Below, piece by piece: positions 39,452-47,582 of a stretch of DNA of 64,000 nucleotides. This stretch comes from Myxococcota bacterium. GTDB taxonomy: Bacteria; Myxococcota_A; UBA9160; SMWR01. Location: positions 34,336 to 98,335 of the forward strand of contig JAKVBI010000014.1 in NCBI GenBank assembly GCA_022447545.1, given 5' to 3'. The notes beneath the pieces are model-generated. The model ran no database searches, was not told the DNA's origin, and saw nothing but the letters and a program-made list of their open reading frames with translations. The translations under genes were made by a program, and so were the position numbers. How positions within the stretch are numbered: the first letter of the stretch is position 1; each line of letters starts with the position of its first letter.

Positions 39452-39610
39452 ATGATTGCCACCGGGGTTTTTGTGCTTTTGCTGGGCACCGCACTGTCGG
39501 GTTTGCAGGACCGTCGGTGGCTGTCAGTGACGCTGTTCTTCGCTTCGTGGATCGCGATCGCCCTGCTGTTCTCCCATCATGCGACGGACACATTGGACAT
39601 CAGTCTGTGA
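39452..39610 (+). CDS. 52-aa two-TM membrane peptide, translationally coupled to the downstream DsbB-like gene
   Basis: Below the ORF-track cutoff. ATG 39452 follows GAGGGAG. MIATGVFVLLLGTALSGLQDRRWLSVTLFFASWIAIALLFSHHATDTLDISL. Its TGA overlaps the next GTG (GTGA at 39607-39610). Confidence 0.45.
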   Translation: MIATGVFVLLLGTALSGLQDRRWLSVTLFFASWIAIALLFSHHATDTLDISL

Positions 39611-40188
39611 GTCGATCGTTACTCGGAGAATTCAGCTATGTGAGCACCCATCTCGTCGTGCTCGTGGTCAGTTGCATCCTGATCGCAGCCTTTGGCGTCC
39701 AGTTCTTCGAAGACGAGATGCCGTGCCCTCTTTGCATTCTCCAGCGCATGGCCATGATGCTGGCGGTGGTCGGCCCTGTACACGTAATCGTCAAGAGCCA
39801 TCGCCACCGAGTCATCGAATCCGAGTGGTTTGCTTCCGCTTGGGGGATGACCGTGCTTGGGTCCGTGTTGGGCTGTGTAATCTCCACCCGTCAAATCCTC
39901 CTCCACATCGCGCCGGGAAGTGTGGGCTATGGGAATCCCGTGCTCGGACTTCATCTCTATACGTGGGCTCTGCTGGTCTTTGTCGCCTTGTTGCTGACGG
40001 CGGGGATCCATCTGGTCTTCATTCGGGAGGACGTCCCTGTCGTGCTCGAAAGGGCTCGGGTGCTTTCGAAGTCGGTGGTGTGGCTCTTCTGGCTGGTGGT
40101 GCTCGCCAACGCGATCAGCGTGTTCTTTCAGGCGGGCTTCCAGATGTTTCTTCCCGACAACCCGACCCACTATCGACTGCTCAAATAG
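39607..40188 (+). CDS. DsbB-family disulfide bond formation protein homolog (single CxxC pair)
   Basis: MPCPLCILQRMAMM matches the DsbB/BdbC PCxLCxxQR signature at the end of TM1. Four TM segments. Start is GTG 39607 (GTGA overlap) or GTG 39640. The upstream 160 aa of ORF 39121.. are out-of-context. Confidence 0.7.
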   Translation: MSRSLLGEFSYVSTHLVVLVVSCILIAAFGVQFFEDEMPCPLCILQRMAMMLAVVGPVHVIVKSHRHRVIESEWFASAWGMTVLGSVLGCVISTRQILLHIAPGSVGYGNPVLGLHLYTWALLVFVALLLTAGIHLVFIREDVPVVLERARVLSKSVVWLFWLVVLANAISVFFQAGFQMFLPDNPTHYRLLK

Positions 40189-40562
40189 TCGCCCCCGAAA
40201 CAGGGGCAATTCACCCAGATCGTGTTCCTTGAGGTCCGGGGGATGACCCATCGCCTGCAGTCCAGTGTTTTCCGCGGTGCTGCGTCCGGCTACACCCAGA
40301 TTCCCCGGTTGGTGCCAAGCGATGCAACTGCAGGTTTTTGGTATGAGCTGGCTCTGCAACGCAGCAGCCAGCTTGATGAGGCATCGAACCGACTCCTGAC
40401 CCTGAATTGATTGGCTCCGGGAGAAGCGGTCTGCGCGCAGGCCTGCGGCCTTCTGCTCGGCAGAGCACTCACGGATCAGAGCTGGCGGGTGTAGACTCTT
40501 CGCGTTCCCCGGGGTCGTGCCGGCAACGGGGCGTGTCCTTTTTAATGAACTGGAGGGACTCC

Positions 40563-41462
40563 ATGTCGCTTCCTGTGAACCCGCGAACGTTGAGGCCCAC
40601 CCAGAGACTCGGTCTTTTGGCCTGGCGGACGATGATGAGAACCTTCGGTCTGCTGACGGGGCTGCGAAACCGATCACTTCGGGAGCGGATATCGGAGCAC
40701 GCCTACGGGCCGCATCCGTCCGAACGCATCGAGCGGATCGAGCCTTCTGGGGAATCTCCTTCGAAAACTCCGGTCGTCTATGTGCACGGTGGGGGCTGGA
40801 TCTGCGGCAACAAGGAGATGTACAGCGGCGAGCTTCTGTTCCTGGCCGAGGCAGGCTACCCGGTCTTCAACGTCGAGTATCCCCTGGCGCCGGAGCGGCC
40901 CCATCCCCACATGCTGCTTTCGTTGCTCGCATCGCTGGCGTGGATCCGTGAGCAGTATCCCGAGACCCAAGAGGTCCATCTCATGGGGGATTCGGCGGGT
41001 GGAAACCTGGCATCGATGCTCGGAATCCTCGTCTCGAATCCGGGCCTCATCCTTGCCCTCGACCCAGCCGTCTCGCTGAATCTGCCCGAGGCTCGTAGCG
41101 TGGTCTCGATCTACGGTGTCCTCGATCGCCTGAGTTGGATCGAAGAAGGGTTTCCAGGCGCAGCTCTGATGATGGAGTGTTATGTCGGGCCCGAAGGGCT
41201 CGAGGCCGAGATCGGCCCGGAAATTGCGGTCACCCCGATGGATCTCGAATTCGAACAGCTGCCGCCGACATTTATTGGCGTCGGGTCCAAGGACCAACTG
41301 GCCGAGTCGTCGCGCCTTTGCGCCGAGCACTTGGCGAAGAACTTCGAGCCCGTCGATTACCAGGTCTATCCGGGTGAAGCCCACGGCTTTTTCAACAGAA
41401 GTGGACGCCCTGCCTGCCAGGCGCTTCGAAGAGATATCCTCGACTTTTTCGCGAAGCACTGA
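40563..41462 (+). CDS. alpha/beta hydrolase, HSL-type (family IV) esterase/lipase
   Basis: ATG 40563 follows GGAGGG. VVYVHGGGWICG (HGGG) and MGDSAGGNLA (GDSAG) motifs. Confidence 0.85.
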   Translation: MSLPVNPRTLRPTQRLGLLAWRTMMRTFGLLTGLRNRSLRERISEHAYGPHPSERIERIEPSGESPSKTPVVYVHGGGWICGNKEMYSGELLFLAEAGYPVFNVEYPLAPERPHPHMLLSLLASLAWIREQYPETQEVHLMGDSAGGNLASMLGILVSNPGLILALDPAVSLNLPEARSVVSIYGVLDRLSWIEEGFPGAALMMECYVGPEGLEAEIGPEIAVTPMDLEFEQLPPTFIGVGSKDQLAESSRLCAEHLAKNFEPVDYQVYPGEAHGFFNRSGRPACQALRRDILDFFAKH

Positions 41463-42035
41463 GTTCCTGGCTCTGGCACTTGCCTCCACCGATGCTCCGT
41501 GCCGGGCACGATTGACCCCTCTGGATGGCGATGAGAGAGCCGCATTGGGAGCGGGTCCCATCGCACCGATCCATGGGGTTTTGGCTTGGTGTGGAGCACC
41601 GCGAAGCGCTGTGCCGAACCGAAATCGATGAGATTCGACCGGGCGGCGACTTTCGCCGTAGTCGCGTCGGAGGTCATAGCTGACAGGCATGGGGTCACCG
41701 GGAATCGTCACGGTTTCCCAGCTTACGCCGCGTTCGGCGTCGTCCAATTCCCGGTTGAGCAGGATGAACTCTCACCCCGTGTACTTCTCGCTAACCGTCT
41801 GGCGCCGCCAGGGCTTGTCCACGAAGGGGTTCGGCACGGGGGGTAGCCGAATCCAACTCCGGTAGTGAGGGCGTTGACGTCCTGGCACAATTTGAGGACT
41901 GCGCGGATGGCATTGGCTTTCCGGGGGGGGCCGTGGGAGTGCTCATCGAAGCTTTGGAAACAATTGCGTGTCGATCGCGCGTGGACCGCTTTGTCGTCGC
42001 GATCGGGAGGGTGCTCTCTGAGAGGCGCTGGGAGT

Positions 42036-42968
42036 CTACCCGCTGTGGTATTGGTTCCAGCCCGCGATGACTTCTTCGATGTCATCGGGCGCGAAGAACA
42101 CCTGAGGCTGGTTTTGCTCGCCCCAAAGGGACCACGAATCTTCGATCCCCCAGTCCTCCCGGACCTCCCACGCTTCGTCATCGACGATCCGGTCCATGTC
42201 TGCGAAGTATTCGAAGAACGTTCCGCTGGGATCTCGGAGGTACCAGAACATGTTTCCCCCGATCTGGTGCCGACCCGGTCCGGCAATGTGGGTTCCCTCA
42301 TGGGCGTTCAGGTATTGGGTCGCTGATGCACATACAGCGTCGATGTCGTCCAGCTCCATCGCATAGTGGTTGAGGTACGGGACGGGTGCGGGTGTCATCA
42401 ACAGGTTGTGGTGATCTGGAGAGCAGCGGGTGAAGAACGCCAGCCCGCCCGCGATGTCGGAGATTTTGAAGCCGATGCCCTCGATATAGAGCTTGTGGGT
42501 CGCGAGTATGTCGTTGGTTCCGAATACGACGTGACCCAGACGACGCGGGGGGCGAAGGCTCGGCTCGACCATGACACCTGGGCGTTTGCCCAATCGATTG
42601 CGCTCGCCCGGCCGGTTGGATTCACGAGGGGGAACGGCGGGAATGTCGGCCACGTTGCAGGGCTCGATGACGATGTTCCATTTGTTGACAGGATCGGGAA
42701 CGTGGAGTTTGCCGTCCCGGGTTTCCGAACCAATTCCGATTCCTTCGAGCCTCTGCACAGTGCTCGCGAGATCCTCTTCGCTCTCGCAGGCGACGCGGAT
42801 CTCGCGAAGTTGCCGATAGGGAGCTTCTGCGATGACGAACTGGTTGGGGCAGGATTCCGACCCCCACTTCCCGTCGCTGCCGGCCAGGCCGATTTCCCGG
42901 TAGAAGCCGTCGAGGCGTACGGGGTCCGGGACACCGATTTCGATTCCAAGCAGTCGATGGAGGCCCAT
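42036..42968 (-). CDS. two-domain VOC-family extradiol ring-cleavage dioxygenase-like protein
   Basis: 310 aa. LGHVVFGTND, LNHYAMELDD and TFFEYFADMD provide the candidate His/His/Glu metal ligands. Confidence 0.8.
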   Translation of the reverse strand: MGLHRLLGIEIGVPDPVRLDGFYREIGLAGSDGKWGSESCPNQFVIAEAPYRQLREIRVACESEEDLASTVQRLEGIGIGSETRDGKLHVPDPVNKWNIVIEPCNVADIPAVPPRESNRPGERNRLGKRPGVMVEPSLRPPRRLGHVVFGTNDILATHKLYIEGIGFKISDIAGGLAFFTRCSPDHHNLLMTPAPVPYLNHYAMELDDIDAVCASATQYLNAHEGTHIAGPGRHQIGGNMFWYLRDPSGTFFEYFADMDRIVDDEAWEVREDWGIEDSWSLWGEQNQPQVFFAPDDIEEVIAGWNQYHSG

Positions 42969-43193
42969 GGAGGTTTCCCCTTCCGGTTCTTATGGGATGG
43001 ATGCGTATCAATTGACTGGATGGATGTCCAATTCGACGGGCTGCGACTTCATGGCGATGGGTTCCGAGCGATGAGGGGGGAGGGGCAGGCGGATCCGGTT
43101 TGGAGAGCTTTCAGGTTCCCGATCCCAAGGGAACCCTCTGCCGGCGCTTTCGTGAGGCCTACCGTCCTGGACAGAGCGGAGTATCCTGCCGCC

Positions 43194-43586
43194 ATGGCTA
43201 TCGTCGATCCGGAGCGGAGACATATCGTCCTCTGGGACGGCGACTGAATTCCCTGAGGCCGAATCGCCGCCTGGGTCAGGCGGAAGGATCGGAACGGGCT
43301 GTTCGAAGTCGTTCCCTACCAGGCTGCTGCGTCGCCGCCCATGACGCCAGAGCTTCGGGATGCGTGTGCACGCTCGGCTCACGTTCTCACCCGCGATGGC
43401 AGAGTGCTGAACGGTGGGCGAGGAACTCTGTTCATCCTGCGACAATTGGGGTGGTGGGTGGGTTTTTTGAGCGTGCCTCCGTTGGTCTGGCCTGTGGAAG
43501 TGAGCTACGCGATCTTCGCTCGAAACCGTGTTTTCTTTTTTCGGCTTTTCGCGCGCTTCTTGCCACCCCGTGATCTGGACCGCTAG
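43194..43586 (+). CDS. DCC-family (DUF393) thiol-disulfide oxidoreductase homolog with two in-frame TGA codons at the CxxC positions (candidate UxxU selenoprotein)
   Basis: A single frame gives MAIVDPERRHIVLWDGD-TGA(43245)-IP-TGA(43254)-GRIAAWVRRKDRNGLFEVVPYQ...RGTLFILRQLGWW...YAIFARNRVFFF. There are no other stops. The ORF track splits it into the tail of 42366..43247 plus 43341..43586. A hairpin lies directly downstream. Confidence 0.6.
43259..43292 (+). promoter_or_regulatory. SECIS-like stem-loop downstream of the two in-frame UGAs
   Basis: Lower stem CCGA(A)UC/GAUCGG and upper stem CCGCCUG/CAGGCGG (43267-43283), with a G-G-U apical loop at 43274-43276. The upper stem begins 10 nt after the second UGA. 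Confidence 0.45.
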
Positions 43587-43713
43587 CTCGTTGTACCCAC
43601 CGGCGCGTGCCATGCTCCCGCTATTCTTTGCGGCCATGAACTTCTTGCGGTTTCCAGTTCTCCCGAGCAGGCTGCTTGTCGGTTGTCTTTTCGTGAGAAA
43701 CAGGAGCTGACCG

Positions 43714-44382
43714 ATGCTGGGCCGTTATCGCTACGCCTACCTGTTGGCGACGCTGGCGCTTTTGATCGTCGCCAGGCCATTCCTTCCCGATCTTGGACGT
43801 GGTCTGGTGATCGGTATGCTGATTTTGAGCTTGATGACCGCGGCCATCACGAGTTCGACCAACCGTTCTCAGGTCTGGTTCGGGCTCGGTCTGGTCTGTG
43901 TGATTCTGGTGACGTCAATCAGCCCCCTTCAGTCGGGCAGGCTCAATCTGGCGATTCTTTCGCCAGCTCTGGGGGTTGCTTACTGGGCGCTCATCGCATT
44001 CTTGATTCTGCGAAAAATCTTCATCCATACCCAACGGGTGAGTGTAGACACCATCAACGGGGCGATTTGTGTGTATCTCATCCTGGGGATTGCGTGGGCG
44101 CAGGCCTACGTGATTCTGGAAACACTCGTGCCAGGGTCGTTTTCGCCGAGTTACGACTTGGTGGGGAGCCGCGCTCGCGAATTGGGGCACGTTCGCGAAT
44201 TGGACGGCTTCATCGGTTTCAGCTTCATCACGCTCACGACGCTCGGATACGGAAACGTTGTTCCGTTGACACTCAAGGCAGAGGCATTGACGATTGCCGA
44301 GGCCATCACCGGTCAGCTGTATCTGGCCGTATTACTGGCGCGCTTGGTTGCCATGGAGATCTCGAGTCGCCGAGATGGATGA
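43714..44382 (+). CDS. potassium channel family protein (pore-loop TxGYG)
   Basis: ATG follows CAGGAG. Selectivity filter FITLTTLGYGNVVP lies between two TM helices. Additional N-terminal TMs are present. Confidence 0.8.
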   Translation: MLGRYRYAYLLATLALLIVARPFLPDLGRGLVIGMLILSLMTAAITSSTNRSQVWFGLGLVCVILVTSISPLQSGRLNLAILSPALGVAYWALIAFLILRKIFIHTQRVSVDTINGAICVYLILGIAWAQAYVILETLVPGSFSPSYDLVGSRARELGHVRELDGFIGFSFITLTTLGYGNVVPLTLKAEALTIAEAITGQLYLAVLLARLVAMEISSRRDG

Positions 44383-44433
44383 GACCCACGTAGAGCTGGA
44401 TCGTCCTTCACACCTCGGGCATCATTACCCGCG

Positions 44434-45099
44434 ATGAGTACCGTCGCACTTCTCAAAGCCTTTCTGGGGTTGTTCGCCATGATGAACCCCATTGGAAACA
44501 CCGGGATCTTTCTCGGTGTCACGGGCGATCTGCCCAGCGGTTTCAAGCTGCGGGCTGCGTTCAAGACTTGTTTCGCCGTGCTCGTCATTCTGGAGATCGC
44601 GATCTTTGGGGGCATGGAGATCCTGAAACTCTTCGGCATTTCAATTGCGGCCTTTCAGACCGCCGGTGGACTGATTGTGCTCGGGATCGGTATGAAGATG
44701 CTCGGCGGCGATGAGAATTCCAGCCAGAAAACCGATGGTGGCAGCGCGGCGATTGCGACGGTCTCCGAGAGGGAACAAGAGGTCAGCGGTAAGCTCATCG
44801 TTCCGCTTGCGATGCCGATTCTTGGTGGCCCCGGCTCGATTACGACCGTCGTAACGGTCGCCGCCGCGTTTCCGACGGTTGAAGGAAAGATCGGAACCGC
44901 CGTTGGGACGGCGGCTCTCGTTGCGACGATGTTCCTCTGCTTCGCCCTCTCCGGTCTGATCAGCCGTTATTTGAGTGACCATGCGCAGGAGATCATTCTG
45001 CGGTTCATGGGCTTGATCCTGGTTGCCATCGGCATGGACATGATGCTCGGTGGCATCGAGGCCTCCCTGGCCAAATCCGGCCTCTTTCACGCTTCCTGA
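44434..45099 (+). CDS. MarC/UPF0056 family membrane protein
   Basis: FLGLFAMMNPIGNTGIFLG is an N-terminal signature typical of the MarC family. Six TM-like segments. Confidence 0.85.
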   Translation: MSTVALLKAFLGLFAMMNPIGNTGIFLGVTGDLPSGFKLRAAFKTCFAVLVILEIAIFGGMEILKLFGISIAAFQTAGGLIVLGIGMKMLGGDENSSQKTDGGSAAIATVSEREQEVSGKLIVPLAMPILGGPGSITTVVTVAAAFPTVEGKIGTAVGTAALVATMFLCFALSGLISRYLSDHAQEIILRFMGLILVAIGMDMMLGGIEASLAKSGLFHAS

Positions 45100-45226
45100 A
45101 GCCACCAGCTTCTCTGTAATGGCTGGTTCCGTGCCCGGGCTTCCAAGGGGTTGTCGAAGTTTGACGCCTGGCTGTTTGGCCCTCTACTCTACGTGCTGTT
45201 CGCAGATTTTTGTCAGGAGGCACCCC

Positions 45227-46402
45227 ATGGATCTTCAGTTCACTCCCCAACATGAGAAGTTCCGATCGGAAGTGCGCGGTTGGATTGATGCCAACCTGGA
45301 GCGACGCTGGACAGAGGAACTGCGCGATCCGGCCAACGGTGAAAACGAACTGGTTGAGGTCCGGCGCAGCTGGCAGGCGAAGCTCAACGAAGCCGGGTAT
45401 CTCGGTATGGATTGGCCTGAAGAATGGGGCGGGAGGGGAGCAACAGTCGTCGAGAAGGCGATCTTCTTGGAGGAGAGCCTGCGCGCAGATTCGCCTCCGA
45501 TCCCGAATTTTCTGGGTATCGGCCTGCTCGGGCCTGCTCTGATCCACCACGGCACTGAAGACCAGCGCCGTCGCTTTATTCCAAAGATGCTCTCCGGTGA
45601 AGAAATTTGGTGCCAGGGTTTCAGTGAACCCGCTGCCGGTAGTGACCTGGCCTCTCTTCGCTGTCGTGCAGAGCCCGATGGAGAAGACTGGCGTATCACC
45701 GGCCAGAAGGTCTGGACGACCTTCGGTCCCTGGGCCGATTGGATTTTTGTTTTGGCACGGACGGACATGGACGATCGCCACGGAGGGATCAGCTTCTTCC
45801 TCGTGCCCCTCGACCAGGAGGGGTGTGATGTCAGGCCATTGCTACAGATCAGCGGGGAATCCGAATTCGGAGAAGTTTTCTTCGACGGTGCATTGGCAAA
45901 GGGCGAGCACCTGGTGGGAAAGATCGGGGAGGGATGGCGCATCGCCATGACGGTTCTCTCCTACGAGCGTGGTGCTTCCGCTTTGACGGACCCCGCTCGA
46001 AACGACGTCTTTCTCGCGGATCTCGTCGAAGGTCTGCGTGAGAACGGTACGTTGCACCTTCCCGATGTGAGGGAGAAGCTCGCACGCTTGTTCGTGCAGA
46101 ACGAGGTGATTCGTGCCAATGGCTACCGCACCCTGGCCACTCTTGCCTCGGGAAGTGCGCCGGGACCCGAGTCCTCCATCGAAAAGCTTCTCTGGTCCGA
46201 GTATGCGCAGAAACAATCCGAGACCGCATTGGAACTGCTTGGCCCGCGTGCGCACCTACGGCTTCGGTCGCCTCTGGCCCGCACGGAGATGGATTGGGCG
46301 CGTGAGTTTCTCTGGGATCGTGCAGGCACCATCTACTCGGGCTCGTCGGAAATTCAGAGGAACATCATCTCCAAGCGTGTCCTCAATCTTCCTACATCCT
46401 GA
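45227..46402 (+). CDS. acyl-CoA dehydrogenase (catalytic-type subunit)
   Basis: ATG 45227 follows AGGAGG. CQGFSEPAAGSDLASL and the C-terminal YSGSSEIQRNIISKRVL carrying the conserved catalytic Glu context. Confidence 0.9.
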   Translation: MDLQFTPQHEKFRSEVRGWIDANLERRWTEELRDPANGENELVEVRRSWQAKLNEAGYLGMDWPEEWGGRGATVVEKAIFLEESLRADSPPIPNFLGIGLLGPALIHHGTEDQRRRFIPKMLSGEEIWCQGFSEPAAGSDLASLRCRAEPDGEDWRITGQKVWTTFGPWADWIFVLARTDMDDRHGGISFFLVPLDQEGCDVRPLLQISGESEFGEVFFDGALAKGEHLVGKIGEGWRIAMTVLSYERGASALTDPARNDVFLADLVEGLRENGTLHLPDVREKLARLFVQNEVIRANGYRTLATLASGSAPGPESSIEKLLWSEYAQKQSETALELLGPRAHLRLRSPLARTEMDWAREFLWDRAGTIYSGSSEIQRNIISKRVLNLPTS

Positions 46403-46417
46403 CCGGGAGAAATCGAA

Positions 46418-47500
46418 ATGCAGTTCAATCTCGATGAAGACCGAGCTCTTCTCAAACAGTCCACCCGTGAGTTGCTCGAGAGCGAATCTCCCCTCACTGA
46501 TGCACGTGCGATCATGGAGGACAGTTCCGAGGGCTACGACAAGGCGCTTTACGCCAACTTGGCGGAACTTGGATACATGGGCCTCGCGGTTCCAGAAGAA
46601 GAGGGTGGCTCCGGCGTAGGTGCGATCGGCCTCGTCGCGGTTCTCGAGGAACTCGGACGTGCGGCCTTCCCTGGACCCTTCCTCGACATGGCGATGGCCG
46701 CTGAGGTGCTGCGCGGCGTCAAGGAGCCCGAAGGCGCAGAATGGCTGCGGAGGTTGGTTGCCGGGGAGGCTTTGGTGTTGATCGCGAACTCCGAGTCGCT
46801 TTCTGGTGATGAGCCGATCGAGCCAAATACCCATTTCGAAGACGGCCGGGTGACGGGTTCGAAGCACTTCGTCCCTTTCGGGGCCCAGGCTGACGCCATG
46901 TTGGTGAGTACTGATGCTGGGCTCGTCGTGGTCCCGAAGCCCGACGCTGGCTGGAACGCCGACCTGCTTGAAGCGCTCGATCACGCTCAGCGCCTGGCGT
47001 CCATCGATTTCGACGCATCCTGTACTCAGCTGACCGATTCAGGGACTGCTGCGACATTGCTCGAGTCCGCTCACCAGTTGGGCGCTCTCGGTGCGGCGGC
47101 GTTGATGCTCGGGTTGATGGAGCGGACCCTGGAGATGACGCTCTCCTATACCATGGAGCGCCAGGCCTTCGGCGCCCCCATCGCGACCTTCCAGGTGCTT
47201 CAGCATCGTCAGGCCGACATGTTCATCCACACTGAGAGCACGAGGGCCGCTGTCTATCGCGCTGCCTGGGCCGCCGACCATGACCCGGACTCCGCTTCCC
47301 GGTTGATCGCAGTCGCGAAGGCTGCCGCGGGTGATGCGGGACGCTGGGTGGCGGGTCAGAGCATTCAGCTCCATGGAGGTGTCGGGTACACGTGGGAGTA
47401 CGATCCGCACATCTACCTGAAGCGGATCAAGACACTTGAGCAGTTCTACGGAACCACTCGCAGTCAACTCGAGAAGGTGCTTCAGGCGGCCCGGATCTAG
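46418..47500 (+). CDS. acyl-CoA dehydrogenase family protein (probable partner subunit)
   Basis: Starts 15 nt after the preceding ACAD stop, following GGGAGAA. Has an ACAD C-terminal fold (IQLHGGVGYTWEYDPHIYLKR) but no Glu at the usual catalytic position. Confidence 0.85.
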   Translation: MQFNLDEDRALLKQSTRELLESESPLTDARAIMEDSSEGYDKALYANLAELGYMGLAVPEEEGGSGVGAIGLVAVLEELGRAAFPGPFLDMAMAAEVLRGVKEPEGAEWLRRLVAGEALVLIANSESLSGDEPIEPNTHFEDGRVTGSKHFVPFGAQADAMLVSTDAGLVVVPKPDAGWNADLLEALDHAQRLASIDFDASCTQLTDSGTAATLLESAHQLGALGAAALMLGLMERTLEMTLSYTMERQAFGAPIATFQVLQHRQADMFIHTESTRAAVYRAAWAADHDPDSASRLIAVAKAAAGDAGRWVAGQSIQLHGGVGYTWEYDPHIYLKRIKTLEQFYGTTRSQLEKVLQAARI

Positions 47501-47582
47501 CCAACGGCCAAGAGAATGGCGTGTCCCGACTCGGCCCGGCGCTGCTCGCCCAGGGTGCCTTGCACGTGTCGGGTTTTCATAG

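Noticed and set aside
39619-41747. Two long minus-strand ORFs (39619..40677 and 40674..41747)
   Set aside because: They are antisense shadows of the DsbB-like and esterase genes, and codon-phase-matched open antisense frames are common at this GC content. Only the part beyond 41462 is discussed, as a separate low-confidence finding.
42366-43193. Upstream 276 codons of the 293-aa plus-strand ORF 42366..43247
   Set aside because: This stretch is antisense to the extradiol dioxygenase gene. Only the last 17 codons, from ATG 43194, belong to a real gene, the DCC homolog.
43245-43256. TGA reassignment (genetic code 4/25) or simple pseudogenisation as the explanation for the in-frame TGAs
   Set aside because: Many well-supported genes in the window terminate at TGA, for example at 1435-1437, 46400-46402 and 30239-30241, so the code is standard. 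Two independent nonsense hits on exactly the two redox cysteines, with an otherwise intact frame and a downstream hairpin, are unlikely by decay alone, though not excluded.
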